Origin: Klebsormidium nitens
Taxonomy: Eukaryota; Plantae; Klebsormidiophyceae
NCBI GenBank assembly: GCA_000708835.1
Contig: DF236981.1
Location: 124,001-188,000 of the forward strand
Direction of reading: 5' to 3'
DNA: 64,000 nucleotides
Shown one piece after another: positions 35,856-48,745 of this stretch (position 1 is its first letter; each line of letters opens with the position of its first letter). The translations under genes and the position numbers were made by a program. The notes beneath the pieces were generated by a model that worked only from the letters and a program-made list of their open reading frames with translations, did no database searches and had not been told where the DNA came from.

Positions 35856-37090
35856 AAGATCTATCAGAGATGGACTGCCAGGGGCATCACAAACCAGCCG
35901 CAAAACGGCACGCGAGTTGTTCCATGATAAGCTTTTATTTATCCAGGTATAGTTGAAGGGCCAGATTGATTTGCCAGATGAGGAGTCTAGATTGCGAAGG
36001 GCTTCGATCGGACACTTCCGTGCGTGCACCGGGGTATTTCGCTTTGCACAGCTGCCTCTGAAGGCGGTCGACTGTATTCACAAGAATGATCTGCGGCCAG
36101 AGCCTAGGTCACTGTTGCACGTGCCAGGCACTTTACCTTGTAGGTGAAAGATAACCGCTCCAGCCAGGAGCTCAAGACTTTCTTGTCTGCATTGAGTGTC
36201 TCCTCATATCAGGTTCTGATGGTTCAGAAACCTTCAGATTAACTTCCTTCGATACGGTGATTCTCTCAGTGCCATGACTTTACCAAGAGTGGTTCAGAGC
36301 TATGAGCGATAGTCGAGGGTCTCTAGGGGACGTGCTAGAGCCTGGCTCGATAAGCCTGTTCGAAGCAGAGGAGGCGCATGTCGCATGCGTACATCTCGTC
36401 CTGATGCGTATCAAGACTGTGCAACTGTCCGTCCAATAAGTTTCATCTGATTATTTATCTCCACACAGTCGCTGCTTGTCACTAGATTACTCTTGCCCAT
36501 GCGTGGACGATCCATGAGCAGCGGTCCGGACCTGCCGGCCGTGGCGCAGCCTGCGAACTTCCATGGGAGCGACTTAGAATGAAAGTCGTTAGCTGCCAGC
36601 CGGACTTATGCATGGAAGAACTTTAGTATACACACATTGCGGAAGTTTGGCAACCAGTCCGACAGGTGCGCTGCGTCAGAGTCCTGACACGACGCGTTTT
36701 TTATACAGCATGCCGTGGAGACGCTTTGAAGAACTGCATCGACTTTGGCGGCGACTTATCTGATGAAATGAAAGAAGGAAAGGATGTCCTCTTTGCTACT
36801 GACTTGGCTAGCTGGCTGGAAAAAAGCGAATGCTCGTTCAAACTGCAACTCAGAGAAACTGTCGCGCCACGGTCCGTTTATCCTGAGAGTATAAGAACGG
36901 TCGGCCAGCAGATTGATTATGAGTTCTCGACATTAAGAACGGAAAAGATCAGCAATTAGTATGAAGTTGAAAGCTATGCGCTGCGTATCCGCTAACCATA
37001 ACCACGTCCCTCCAACGACTAGGCTGGTTACTTTGAAACATCACTCACACTCTGTGCATTACGCAACCTCTCCTCTGAGTCCTCTTTTTA

Positions 37091-39007
37091 CTAGATTTTC
37101 AGTTTGCCTTTTGCAGACGGTGTCCCACCAGAACTTTTCTTCACCAGCCACCCGATGCAAGGCTGCACTCCAAGCCCGTCCTCCGTCACGCACACCGCGC
37201 AGCTCCCTGCAACGAGCACATTGTCCAATTCGCGGCCGTTGTCGTTGATCTTGAACGGACATTCGGACAGCCCTTTGGGCACTTCCTCGTCCTTGATCTC
37301 GTTCCCGTTCCGCCGGACCACGTCGCCCAGAATCTTATACGGAAAGAACGCGCAGATCCAGCCGGAATAGATTGTCGTGCCCGGGCCGCCCCCGCTGCCG
37401 TAGCGTTCGTATTTGTTCATCACCCGGCTCCACCAGTCCTCGTCCACGTGTCCCTTGTACGTCTCCAGAAGCTTCTCGAGCACGGGGACCAGTGTCTCCA
37501 GCCACCAGTCGAGGCCGATGTCGAGCGCGTCCAGCGCGCGCGCTTTCTCCAGCAGGCGCTCCCAGTCGTCGGATGTGCCGTGCAGAGTGACGGACGGTAT
37601 GCCGCACGACAGGTGAAATCCGTACTCGAAATAGTGCTTCATGATGTCCATCAGGACGATCTGGCTCGCGCACTTGGAGGTGAGGTCTGTCGTGGAGAAG
37701 TCGTTTTGAAGAAGCTTGCTGGCGCCGCCCTTAACGCGCTCCTCGAGCTGGTTGGTGATCAGCTGGATGCACTCGGGCCAGTTCAGCAAAGAGCCGTTGC
37801 CTGCAAAGTTCGAACCCCCAGAAGTAAGTGCACAGTTTGAGCGCGGAAAGGTGCAAGGTTCAAGCTTTCTGTTGATAATATCTTGCATTTGAACGGGCCG
37901 TTCCGTTACCTGTGCAAAGACACGAAAGAAGCGACCTGTAGTGCCGTTGTGGTTGAGCTTTTATGGCTGTTGTAGAGCGTACAATGGATGCATGTATGAG
38001 CCCGGAACAAATCAGAATGCTTGGATTCTTGGAACACTGTCGGAGGCCTTGATTGATCTGGCAAAAGCTGCCAACGCAGCTTGTTGAAGTACAAACAACA
38101 GCATGAGTCTGGTTGTGGAAGTGTAGCTTTTGAAAATGATGGCTGTGTCTTGATCCCCTTTGCCAGGAACAACGTCACCAAATGAAGCAGAGAAGAGGCG
38201 TACTGCAAGTCCAAAGCAAGACTCAAGGTATCTGCTTACTTGCGAACGTTGAGGTGTACATAAGATCACGTTTAGGTGCTTAGTAGCTGCTACTCTCAGT
38301 ATAATTTTAGCTATAGTCCAATTTAGCTAATCCGCTTCTCAAGTTTATGAATAAAAGGTGAGAGATGATGACGTTTTGGCAATCTCGTAATTTTGTTGCT
38401 TGGCGAAGCTGAGAATCTGATTCCATATCAGCAGAACAGAAAAAAGGAGCCAAGAGTATTCTTTACTATTCTTATTCTTCACACCCAAAAATAAAATATC
38501 ACAGGGTGAACTGGTTATCTGAGACTGTCTAGATATCTCACCTGTTTTGAAGGAGTCAACAGATACCGAGATTTTGTTTTTCCCTTCGTGATCCACGAAT
38601 ACGTTCCTGTACTTCTCTGCGTTATCTTCAAATTGCAGGTGTGCGGAAACTCCTTGAGCAATGGCCAGCCAGATGTCATCCGGCCTCAGATGCAGATGGT
38701 GATGTCCAGAATAGGCCAATCTGATGGCTTGTAACAGGCCACTTTCCAGTCTTCCAGTAGCCGTCCTGATCACCTTGGCCTCAGAGCAATCAAAGACCTC
38801 AGCGTTATTGTACCTTTCATCTGCAGAGCCTCCCAGGGTCATATGCTCCCGGAGACTGTACACAGAAACTGCACTTTCTTTCCTGGACAGATCGTCCTCC
38901 TCTCTTGTCCTGCCTTCCTTCAGTTTTCGCACAATCTTCAGCTTTCTTGCCGCAATTTGAGGTGCAACAACCTGAGTAGACTGGTTGCTGATTTGTTTTG
39001 GCGCCAT
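37091..39007 (-). CDS. DUF4419 domain protein, about 391 aa, 2 exons
   Basis: Exons 39007-38542 and 37800-37091 (phase 1, 1176 nt). Motifs GLLQAIRLAYSGHHHLHLRPDDIWLAIAQG, LLQNDFSTT, VLMDIMKHYFEY...CGIPSVTLHGTSDDW and SGWICAFFPY are characteristic of DUF4419. Confidence 0.85.
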
Positions 39008-39491
39008 CTCTGTTTCGTCAGCACTTTGAAGCGGCTGAAAGTCCTATATTACCCTGTGTTGGGCCGTTTCAAGACCTGTTCTGTCTGGTTCCGAGCGTTC
39101 AGGTCCTACGTGAGTCTCGATCCCCGTTTTGCATCGGGGACCTTCTTAGGCGACAGAAACTTCTTCTGAACAAAGACACCTGCAATGTGCCAATGCGGAT
39201 ATCGTTGAGTTTACCGACTGTTAGAGTTTAAGCTGTTCAAGCTGAGTTGTTTCGAGTGACGTTAATTGGAAAAAGCTTCACATCACACCTACTGTTAATA
39301 CATCCCTAGCCTGTACATCTGTGGCTTGTTCGCTTGGTTAACAGTTTAATCTCTTGATTGGTGCGATCAGCAGACCTATTTGGGTCTTTCAGGACCAGTC
39401 TGCTCGTAGTACATTTATATACCTGCATCTCACCTTTTTAGCTTTCTGTCCTCAGCAAGGAGTCTGCTTTTCTTTGCGCCGGCGGCGCCAT

Positions 39492-42400
39492 ATGCCTCAG
39501 CTCAGGCCGCCCGGCCGCCTCTTCGACTGCCGCGGGCGCGTTCGGTTGGGCCCTCCGGGCCCCCGCGGGGTTCCAGAGGTTTCTTCCAACAGCCCTCTCC
39601 GGCCGCTCAGAAATCTTCCGGGCACCTTATCGGACGGTCCAAAGCTGCCGGTTCATTCTGACGAGCGGCTAGCCCGCGAACTCGAACTCACGAGCTCGGA
39701 GCAGGAGGCAGCAGAGCTTTGCCGCAGGGAACGTGGCCACCTGGCTTGGGCTTGAAGTTGGAGGGTGGCAGCTACAACGCAAGACTCCTCGGAGGAGCCT
39801 CAGGAGGGGCAACTGCAGGAGAGGGACCAGGAGATCGAAAGGGCAGGACAGGAAGCGGTCCAAATTCTAATAAACATAGGCTGAGCAGCTATTTTTATTT
39901 CTGATTAGGCAATAGGCTGCCTGATTACGAGATCAGGTTGTCTGATTGTTCATTGAAAACCTTGAACATGGCCCAAGTGGTGTTGGCAGGTAATGCATAG
40001 GGTCTGAGTGTGAGAGCATTTGTACAGCCGCTTGGTAAATATGCCAGGAGTCAGGCAGAGGGCGCCAGCCGCTTTGCCTCCGTACGCACAGTGGTTTCAG
40101 CTGGTGGATCCAGGCCTGCTCACAAACAAGACCATCCGGCAGTATCTCCTTGCATACAATGCGGAGCAATGGCCAGAGGTAAGATGCTAAACAGCTCTTC
40201 ATCTTTGCAGCTTTCCATCCTTTTTTCTGATTCTTGAAACGGCAAGTTCAATATGTGCAGCTTTCATTATTTCTGATGTTGGGATATCACAACAAGACAA
40301 CCACAGGCTGCCATGATAATGTGGATGTTGGTGATACAATCAATTGTTGTGGTAATTCCTTTGTAGAATGCAGAATGCAAAGCAGACGGAGCCCCTTTGG
40401 GTGGCTCTACAAGCACGATTGGCTGCTGCACAAGAAGAATGAAACACTGGAGAATTGCATCCGCTATCTGAATGCAGCACGGCAGTCAGGCTTTCTGCAA
40501 AACTCACGTATTCAGAAAATGTGTCGAAAGAGCGTGTATGACTCAGATGCTTCATGTTGCAGGTTGTGAAGCTGACGCTTCTCTATGGAATTCTGTCCCT
40601 GCAAAAGCAGTACGGATCTCAGGCGCTTGCGGTGCAAGACCTGCGGGACATCATTGGTAAGTTACGCACCTGGATTCCTGATTCATCACCTATCGCATCT
40701 TCTATCTTTCCCTTGTCCATTTCATGCAATTGGTTTAAGTGATATGCAACCTTTTGTGTCATTAAGTGTCTCTGAGGCCATGATAGTCAGTGATTCTCTA
40801 TTGTTCATGCTGTTGCTTTCACTTATCCCCCATCTTCTGTGTCGTAAGCATCTCCTGAGAGACCATGAGAACGATGCTTTAGACGGGTTGCGAGTACAAT
40901 GTCCATAGTATGACAAAGTACTGCCCGCAAGGAGCACCTAAAACCGCTGGTCAAGTCCCCTTTCTTCACCTGCCCTGCTTCCATCCTGCCTGCAGGTCAG
41001 AACAAGGTCGCGGCCGCCGTCGAGCAGAGCATCCCTGGCATTGAGAAGCAGCTAGCAGACCTGCGGGCCGAGGTGCTCTCATTCCAGCAGGACTTAGGCC
41101 CCAATGGAAACCAGGGTAATCAGCCTCCAATCAGACAGCCAATAAGCAATCCCCCAAGCCACCAGCCCTCCATTCTTGAAGCTGAGAATGCCGCCCCCGC
41201 ACCTGCTCGACAGCAGAGGGTGTCGTTTGCGGAGGGGGTGTCAAGCAGGCCAGAGGTGCAGACTTCTTCGCGCCCCCTAGCTGCTGCTGATCCAAGCAGA
41301 GCAGTTCGCAAGGTCGTGAGACGCGCCCCTGTAGAGCATGGCCAGCCAGGGGTGCATTTCCAGAGGATTGACAGGACGCCGACGAGCGGAAGAACGGGGG
41401 GAGAGGGCAACCCGCAGGTGCACTTCACGAAAGTGGTCAGGCAGCCGGTTGTTAGGGGGAGGGCTTACATACCGTCAGGGGATGAAGCACTGGCGATGGC
41501 GTTGAAGCAGGCGGCGATAGCGGCAGCAAAGATGAATGGGGAGGCGTACGAGCCAGGAGAGGGGGAGGAGGACGAGTCCGCCGTGAATTATCCAGGTAAG
41601 GCAGTGCTCCTTATTTGATCCTTTTTGGATTTAGCCGTCCTGACACGTTTCCGGGGAGGTCGCACCAGCAATAAGTTATCCTTCTGAGCTGGTCTACATT
41701 ACCAGAGTGTACTTGTTCCCCTATCATCCTGTGGGGGACAGGGCAGGCTCTCTGGGACAGCGTCAGACGGAACTGAATCGTGTTTAGACTGATATGAGCA
41801 GGGTGTGCTTCATTAAAGGCAGAGTGCTTCCGAACGATTCATGATCCTCTCAGCCTATGTACACCAAGGCGTGGCTGACAAGGTTCTCTAGGAGATTTTG
41901 TTCTTTGAATAAGTGTTCTTACAGCGAGCAGGCACTAATGCAACTTCTGTATCCAATTCTGAAGGTCGAAATGGTTGTTCAACTGCAATCAAGAAGAGCT
42001 CGATGGGCAAAAACTACCACTTCCGCCTTCATACAGATTGGTACACCCAACACCCCTCCGAACCAAACACTGGGCCCCCATCTGGTCCTGCCTATCCCGA
42101 TTGGTGGGGCCACGAGGTCTTCGTCCCCCCCCCTCGGAAGGCCAAAAAGGCGCCCCGAGCACCCCCCCGACTGGCATACTCTGTCCCCAGGGAGGATCCT
42201 CGGGAGCGCCAGCTGTATGAGGACGACCTGGTTACTGCGGAGTACCTCGGCGTGCCGGGGAGCGGGTACGGGCAGCGCGCAGCGGCGCCACGTCAGTATG
42301 TGACGTCAGCAGGTGACATCATCGGGGGCGTTGAAACGGGGCGGGGCTTCGCGGAGGTCGGAGCGGAGGGGGAGAGAAGGCAAGCTGAAGTGCAAACGGT

Positions 42401-44504
42401 GCCTGTTACCGCGACGGAAGTACGCGGCGCAGCAGTGCCTGCGGTGTCTGGTGTGAATACCCCTGCCAGGCGGTCCGAAGCCGGCGACCAGGGCTCGGCG
42501 CGAAGGCAGTCTTCTGGGTGGGTGGCAACGATCCCTGTGTCGGAAATTGGGAAACGGCCCAAGCGAAGAAGCAGTGGAGCGACAGCTGGCGAAAGCGTGG
42601 CGACAGCTGGCAGGGCCGCACGGTCGGAGGCGGGCTCAGAGAGGAGCCGGAGGGGAACGTTGGCGGAGGGAGTGGAGAGACGGGTGACTGGGGGGCAAGG
42701 AGGCGGGGGAGAATCCGGGGGAGAAGCGGCGGCGAAGAAGAAGGCGCCTGTGAAGTCGAGGGTCCGGGCGGAGATTGAAGCCCAGCGGCGGTACGAGGAG
42801 CAAAAGGCAGCGGTGAGTAGCACAAGCCTCAAACGGAGTAGTTTTCATAGCCTTTCCACGTTACGCAGCGGGTCCACTGACGGCGTTGGCCAGGTCATGA
42901 TTTTGGACCATTTAGAAAGCAATTCCTTTCCGAGACCGTTGTCCAGCCCGCATCCTTTCTGGTCGGCCGCACACTGAGCCCTTGCTTCCTGTTCACTTGC
43001 CAGGCGCGTCTCAAGGCTGCCCAGGAGTTGCTTTACCGGCCGCGCCGTGGGACGTCCGAAGAGCCGTCCCCCGAGCAGTCCGCGGCAACATCTCCTCAGT
43101 CTGCGGTTGGCCGGATTGCGGACCAGTTCTTGGAGGACCCCTGGATGGCTCACTTCCAAGACCCCGTGGGTTCGACGATGCCAGCTTTTGAGCGGTGAGT
43201 ACGAGTCGGACACTGTTAAAAACATCGATTATGCTTATTTGATTGAATATGAGTTCTGCGTTGCTACCTTCAGTAACCAGTGCTGAGTTTGAAAAGCCGT
43301 TGAAAGGTCAGTGCAGGTAGCTACTTCCGCTTGAGCTGGGCGTTTTGGAACGGGTTGCATCTTGCCAAGGCTGGTGCTTTTCTTGGCGGACTCAATGCCT
43401 TTGATTTGGGATGGATCAAAGTCAGGGAATGAGGCTTTGGGTGCGGTGATGAGAAAACTGCGATGCAACTTGAAATATTGCTCGTTCAGGACGACGCTGG
43501 CTTTCAAGGAGCACGTACAGTAACCAATCCCTTAGGTTGGATTTTTTGATGCGACTGCAACGGATCCGATCAGGACTTAAATGCGCACGGGATTAAAATG
43601 TACGGTCCCCTCAAAGAGTTACCCGGTTCAAGAATGCCAGCTCTTGAGAAGTAACTGGCTGACTTTTTTCAAGAGGATCACACACGGCTTATGCGTCTAC
43701 AGTAGTTACAAGATAGAAACAAGATAGAAACAAAGACAGTGCTTCTCAGTTGCAATCGCTTCTTAGCGGCGGATGCCATTGTCCGACGTACTCATCTCAA
43801 GACATAAAGACAAACACACAAACAGTTCCCGGAACCGACATCAGAGGGAAAGTACTAATCGGCCCTTTGAGCTCTGTAGGTTCGGTCTGGCCGAGCGTTC
43901 TCCCGGACCATCCATCGTCCCGTCTGGAACGCTGCTCGCGGCTGCTGCAGCGGCTTCCGTTCTGCTGGGTCGGCGGAGTCCGGAAACGGAACGGTCCGCA
44001 CGGTCAAGCCCGGGCGACAGCCGGAGCAGTCCGAACCTCAGGTATGAAGAGCCGCAGGAAGCGGCAGAAGTCCCGCAAAACGCAGAAGCGGCTTCTTTGG
44101 AGGTGCCAGAGGTGCAGAGAGAAGTTAGTGAGCGCGAGCGGAGTGCAGCGCCTGACGAAAGGGACGTGGAATCTTCAGCCGGAGACCGCCAGGCGGTTGG
44201 ACGAGAAGCAAGTGCTGATCGGGAGTTGGGAAACCGGGGCGTTCAGGAGGGGGAGGATCTGCCCGGTGACAATCCCCGGGCAGGTGCAGCGGTCGGAACG
44301 GGAGCCAGTCCGAGGTCGGAGGCACCCGGGGGGAGTGGAAAGACGAGTGACACGTCCCAGCCGGAGGAGTTGAGGGGGCTGCCGGGAGGGGGCGACTCGG
44401 AGGCATCGCAAAGCCCCTCGCTAAGTAGCTTTACTAGCTTCACAACGACCGGCAGTCTGGAGAGCAACTTTCAGAGCACGGCTGAGTCTGGACAGGTTGC
44501 TTAG
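39492..44504 (+). CDS. Hypothetical protein: small helical N-terminal region followed by long low-complexity regions (5' end uncertain)
   Basis: In-frame spliced exons 40048-40178, 40563-40656, 40996-41595, 41932-42812, 43004-43194 and 43880-44504 with canonical sites, e.g. TIRQYLLAYNAEQWPE|VVKLTLLYGILSLQKQYG. No family recognised. Confidence 0.6.
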
Positions 44505-45827
44505 TGCATTGCGAAGGAGATGCAGCCTCACCATGCACATTAGTCGCAATCGAACGGTTGAGTTTGAATATTGGATGACACGCTGCCTAGAACTCGTGTT
44601 CTGCAGTGGACATGTACTGTGTGTTTGGCTTCGTTCGATCAAACTTCTACTGCTAAACATTGTGAAACATCTGAGACTGTCTTCCTACATTGGTGGTCTG
44701 CTTGTACTTTCTTTTGTGGGCCTCCTCGATCATCCATAATTCTCTCTGTTGAATTTGAAATACCGCACCACATTGCCAAAGTAGTACTTAAATTTGGTTG
44801 GCTCTATCCGACTTTGCGTGTGGGCGCCTTTCTTTCGTTGTGCTCGTCACGAACAACCAATGGAAACTTGCATTGATTGATTGTATAGTAGCATGGTGTG
44901 CCATGTTCCGAGCCTTAGCACACACTTTTAAACATGGAGTGACCTGCAATTTTGATCAGGTCCCGACTCATGGGCAACATATGTATCAGCCTACTGGAAT
45001 CCTGCTCTCCGAGCAGATGCAGAAGTCCTGAATAAGAGGCCACCCATGCATGCATTGGCATTGACAAAGTTTAGCAGCTATTTAGACTCTGCATGGGACT
45101 TCGGACTGCGTTTCAAACTTTGGAACGCCAGTGATGTGAGGACATGCCGTGCTGCTGTCAGCGAACTCAGCATGCACCCTCCTTGCATCGTCTAGCTGCT
45201 GCACCTGGAACAGGTGTAGCTCTGGAGTCTGGCTAGGTGAATGCCTCGCAGATGCTGCTCATTGGCAATATGCGCATGCATGATCACTTTACACGAAAGA
45301 CGTATTTTTGAGTTGAATACCAAGGGCCGTCTTGACTAACGGGAGTGCCCGGGGATGGGTAGGGTTGGTAGGTGGCGGTTAATAAGAAGGGTACGAGCGC
45401 GGAGCACGTCATTTTTCTTGGTTGAGGTTCTTGTTTTCGATTTTAACCTGAGCAGAGTCCGGGGTTATATCTAACTAATATTGCATGACCAAGAATGAAA
45501 AGTCAACATGCATGAGATCGTATGATTGGCAGGCTCGGATGATGAGATGATCCCCTGCTAAACTTGTAAAGCCAGGTGGCTGCTGACACCATGATGCACT
45601 CATCCCATGCTGCATTCCCAGGTGTATTGCGACACCTCATACGAATCAATACAGGCATAAGGCCCATAGCCTTGAAAGGCGGAAAAGGGTGAGATGTCAC
45701 GGCATTTTGAATTGGAGTTTGGGGCGCCTTAGAGTTTCTTTCAATGGTCGCAATCAGTCGGCAGTCTCTGACAGGAAGCTAATAGCCTAGAATAACATCG
45801 CGCCTTCCGCATTGGGACAGCCCGGGG

Positions 45828-47708
45828 ATGGTGTCCGCCCCGCTTGCGTCGCTGCTGGCGGCGGGCTTCGTCCTTATTGCCCTATCCCCGCAGATCCCCC
45901 CTGGTGCCGACCAACTTTGCGGACAGGCGGGGCTTTTCGGGCAGTTCATGTGCGTGATGAACACCGGAACGGGCGCCAACCGGACCTACAGCAGCCAGGT
46001 GCTCCTGTCCGCGCGCCAGCTGGCGGACAACACGACAGCTGTCGACCGCATTTTTGGGGCGGAGCCATTCCTGCGCCCGGATATGGTGATCACTGCTGAG
46101 GGGACGAGGGCCACATTCCTGAGCGCATCCAAGGGGCTTGCAACCGTGTACCTAGACTTCTTTATCTGCTCGGAAGAGACCTGCAGTAGCGTTGCGGATT
46201 TGAAGTACTTCCAGGACACGGAGGGGGAGCGCGGGGTTGGGTTTCCGATTGGGGTGGTTCCGCTGACAAACCTCGCGGTGGGGCTTCCTGTGGGGCAAGG
46301 CGCACTCGGCGATGCGGTGAATGTATCGGTGGATCTGACGAGCGAGCGGTTATCCCAAGGGATCACGAGTGCCGTGCGCTCTTATCAGCTGCAAGGGTCG
46401 CTTCCGATAAAGCAGAGGCCGCTAGTGGCAATGGCAGGAACAAGGGTCACGCTGGATATTCTGGCGGACTTTCTTTTGTCTGAGCCAGGAGTCGGGGTCG
46501 CAAACCGGGCCGTGCAAGGGGCGTGCACTTTGCTCATATTCCCGGACAGCCCCTGGTACCGCCAGTACATCCTCCCCAGCTTTCCCCTGTGCGTGACACC
46601 AACACAAACCCTCGCCTTATTGGGCCTGGACGACGGAAACTGGTGTCAATTGTGCGACGGCTTTTCTATCAGCGTTGTCAACTACCAAGCGGGCTGTTAC
46701 CTGTCCAACCGAGGCACATGTGGCTTCCTGGACTACCCGCTTGTAAACCCCGAGGTGGGGGGCTGGACCCTCAATATGTACAATCTCACCTCTCCTGCCG
46801 ATGGCCAGACACTTTACAGCGGGGACCAGGGAACTTACACCCACCCCTGGACTGGTCTGCTATACAACATTCGTGCGGAGGGGAGGGCGGCAGCGCCAGC
46901 TGGCTGCAACCACACCGGGCGGTATACGTGTGTTGGGGACGGGTGCTCTACAAAAAAGCCGTTCCTCATGACGTGTCCCGCTGCAACGCGGACGGGCGGC
47001 TTGAGTGGCGGGTTTGGGGCTCTCTTGTCGACCGCAGAGTACTCCTGGGCTTCAAGCACGAGCTCTTCGCTCGGTTCGTTCTTTGGGTACGAGAGGTTGA
47101 GTGTCAATGGTCTCGGGAAAGTGGTCTCTGCTGCGGAGGACTGGGGTTTCGCGATCGCGAGCAACGTGGTTAAGGACACGGTGATCTACTATGACCAGGT
47201 TTTGAGCACCACTGGGTTGGTCACGACGTGGTTAACGACGTTAATCGCGGTTGTGGGCTCCTGGGCTGCTTATCCCCAGATCTCAGCCTGGATCTCGAGA
47301 GCGATCGGAAGCGCGCGGGGCTGGGAGGGCTTTCTGGGGAAAGCTTTGGCGGGGGTCACGACAATTGTCGCGACCTCAGCCCCGTTAGTAATCGTTATCG
47401 CCACCCAACACTCTCTTAGTGTCAACAACGGGCGGCGGGTGCAGCACATGTACTACCAAGCAGCTTATGATGCACCCGGGTATGGCGCATACAAGTTGGT
47501 TGTCCTAGCCCAAGTAGATGCACGCGCAGTAACCACCAGATCAGCATACTCTCTTGGTTTGCCACTGCTCGCCGCGTTGCTGCTTTTCGATTTGGCGGCA
47601 TGGATTTTGAGTGAGCGGGTCATCAATCAGGCGGACCAAGAGTTTCATAAGTTAAAGAGTGCGTTGAGCATGTCAGGCCAGGACATTAACCAATTCGAGC
47701 GACTTTAG
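45828..47708 (+). CDS. Intronless orphan membrane protein, 626 aa: signal or anchor, Cys-rich ectodomain, about 3 C-terminal TM helices
   Basis: Single uninterrupted ORF with a hydrophobic N-terminus (LASLLAAGFVLIAL), about 14 Cys, and sequons NRT, NTT, NVS, NLT and NHT. Hydrophobic segments near the C-terminus: LVTTWLTTLIAVVGSWAAY, LAGVTTIVATSAPLVIVIA, LGLPLLAALLLFDLAAWIL. Confidence 0.7.
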   Translation: MVSAPLASLLAAGFVLIALSPQIPPGADQLCGQAGLFGQFMCVMNTGTGANRTYSSQVLLSARQLADNTTAVDRIFGAEPFLRPDMVITAEGTRATFLSASKGLATVYLDFFICSEETCSSVADLKYFQDTEGERGVGFPIGVVPLTNLAVGLPVGQGALGDAVNVSVDLTSERLSQGITSAVRSYQLQGSLPIKQRPLVAMAGTRVTLDILADFLLSEPGVGVANRAVQGACTLLIFPDSPWYRQYILPSFPLCVTPTQTLALLGLDDGNWCQLCDGFSISVVNYQAGCYLSNRGTCGFLDYPLVNPEVGGWTLNMYNLTSPADGQTLYSGDQGTYTHPWTGLLYNIRAEGRAAAPAGCNHTGRYTCVGDGCSTKKPFLMTCPAATRTGGLSGGFGALLSTAEYSWASSTSSSLGSFFGYERLSVNGLGKVVSAAEDWGFAIASNVVKDTVIYYDQVLSTTGLVTTWLTTLIAVVGSWAAYPQISAWISRAIGSARGWEGFLGKALAGVTTIVATSAPLVIVIATQHSLSVNNGRRVQHMYYQAAYDAPGYGAYKLVVLAQVDARAVTTRSAYSLGLPLLAALLLFDLAAWILSERVINQADQEFHKLKSALSMSGQDINQFERL

Positions 47709-48745
47709 AAAATCAGACACCCGTTCCTATTAAGGTTCTGCTTCCGGATTTAGCTAGCATTTAGGCACACATGTAAATGAGACAATCAACATTTTGAGCC
47801 GAAGTTCCAAGTCGAGTTGCATATGATACCAGTACCCATTCACGTTAGAAGTGTGTTGCCTTGAAAGCTCGTTTCACATGCTAGCAATCTGCAATTGTAT
47901 ATGCACGGTTTGTTCGTCTGATCTTGGGCCGGCCAGAAGCAGATCCGGCACTTTATCCACCACATCATCATGCAATTGATCGATCTCCGCAATGTACACA
48001 CACCTAATTCATGCATATGCCCTATGAACTAATTGCATGCTAGCAAGCTATACATAAGAAAGAAGGGATCTTATAGGATCGTCCACATTACATGCACATA
48101 TCCAAGCCTTACCGCGCGCGGTCACGGTTGTCAAAGCTCTGTCACATGTTCTCCCGCGGCTAAGTGTCCCCTCAGTAATCTCCTACGGACTTCATTGAAT
48201 ATGTCGGCTATAAAAGCTGCCGTTGTTTATGGGTCGAGCATACACAGTAAAAGTGGTGCATGGTAAACATATTCTGGTTGCAGCAAGTAAGATTACATGA
48301 ATGCACTACAGTACCTATTTGCTATTTCAAACGCGCTTGTAAACATAAGAAGACCACCTGAGTGGACGCGCAGACGTGTATTCGTAAGCAGATGACAACA
48401 TATTAGTACATTTTCTCAAGAGACTCTTCAAGAGACTTCAAGTGGTTCTGTACAATAGTCGAATCTGTGGCTTATCCGTTGTGATTTACGCGTCAATCGA
48501 CAAGACATTGATCGTCTCGTCGCCGGTATGCTTCGGATGTCATTCTGCTCGCTTGTGGTGACGGTTATCACTCTTACTAGCTTAAACTTTCCTACCCTCC
48601 TTCTATCTGAACAAACTAAAGCGCCTACGATTTCAATATCTGGACGCCCCAGCACATCAAACGAGGGACCAGATGCGGCGACACTTTTAACTGCCGCTTC
48701 TAGCGAAAGTTCGCCAGAACGTCATTTCAAAACCGCAATTCAGCT

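Noticed and set aside
36666-36959. 97-aa ORF between GT2-GH8 and DUF4419
   Set aside because: No ATG start or recognisable motif; probably 3' UTR or intergenic.
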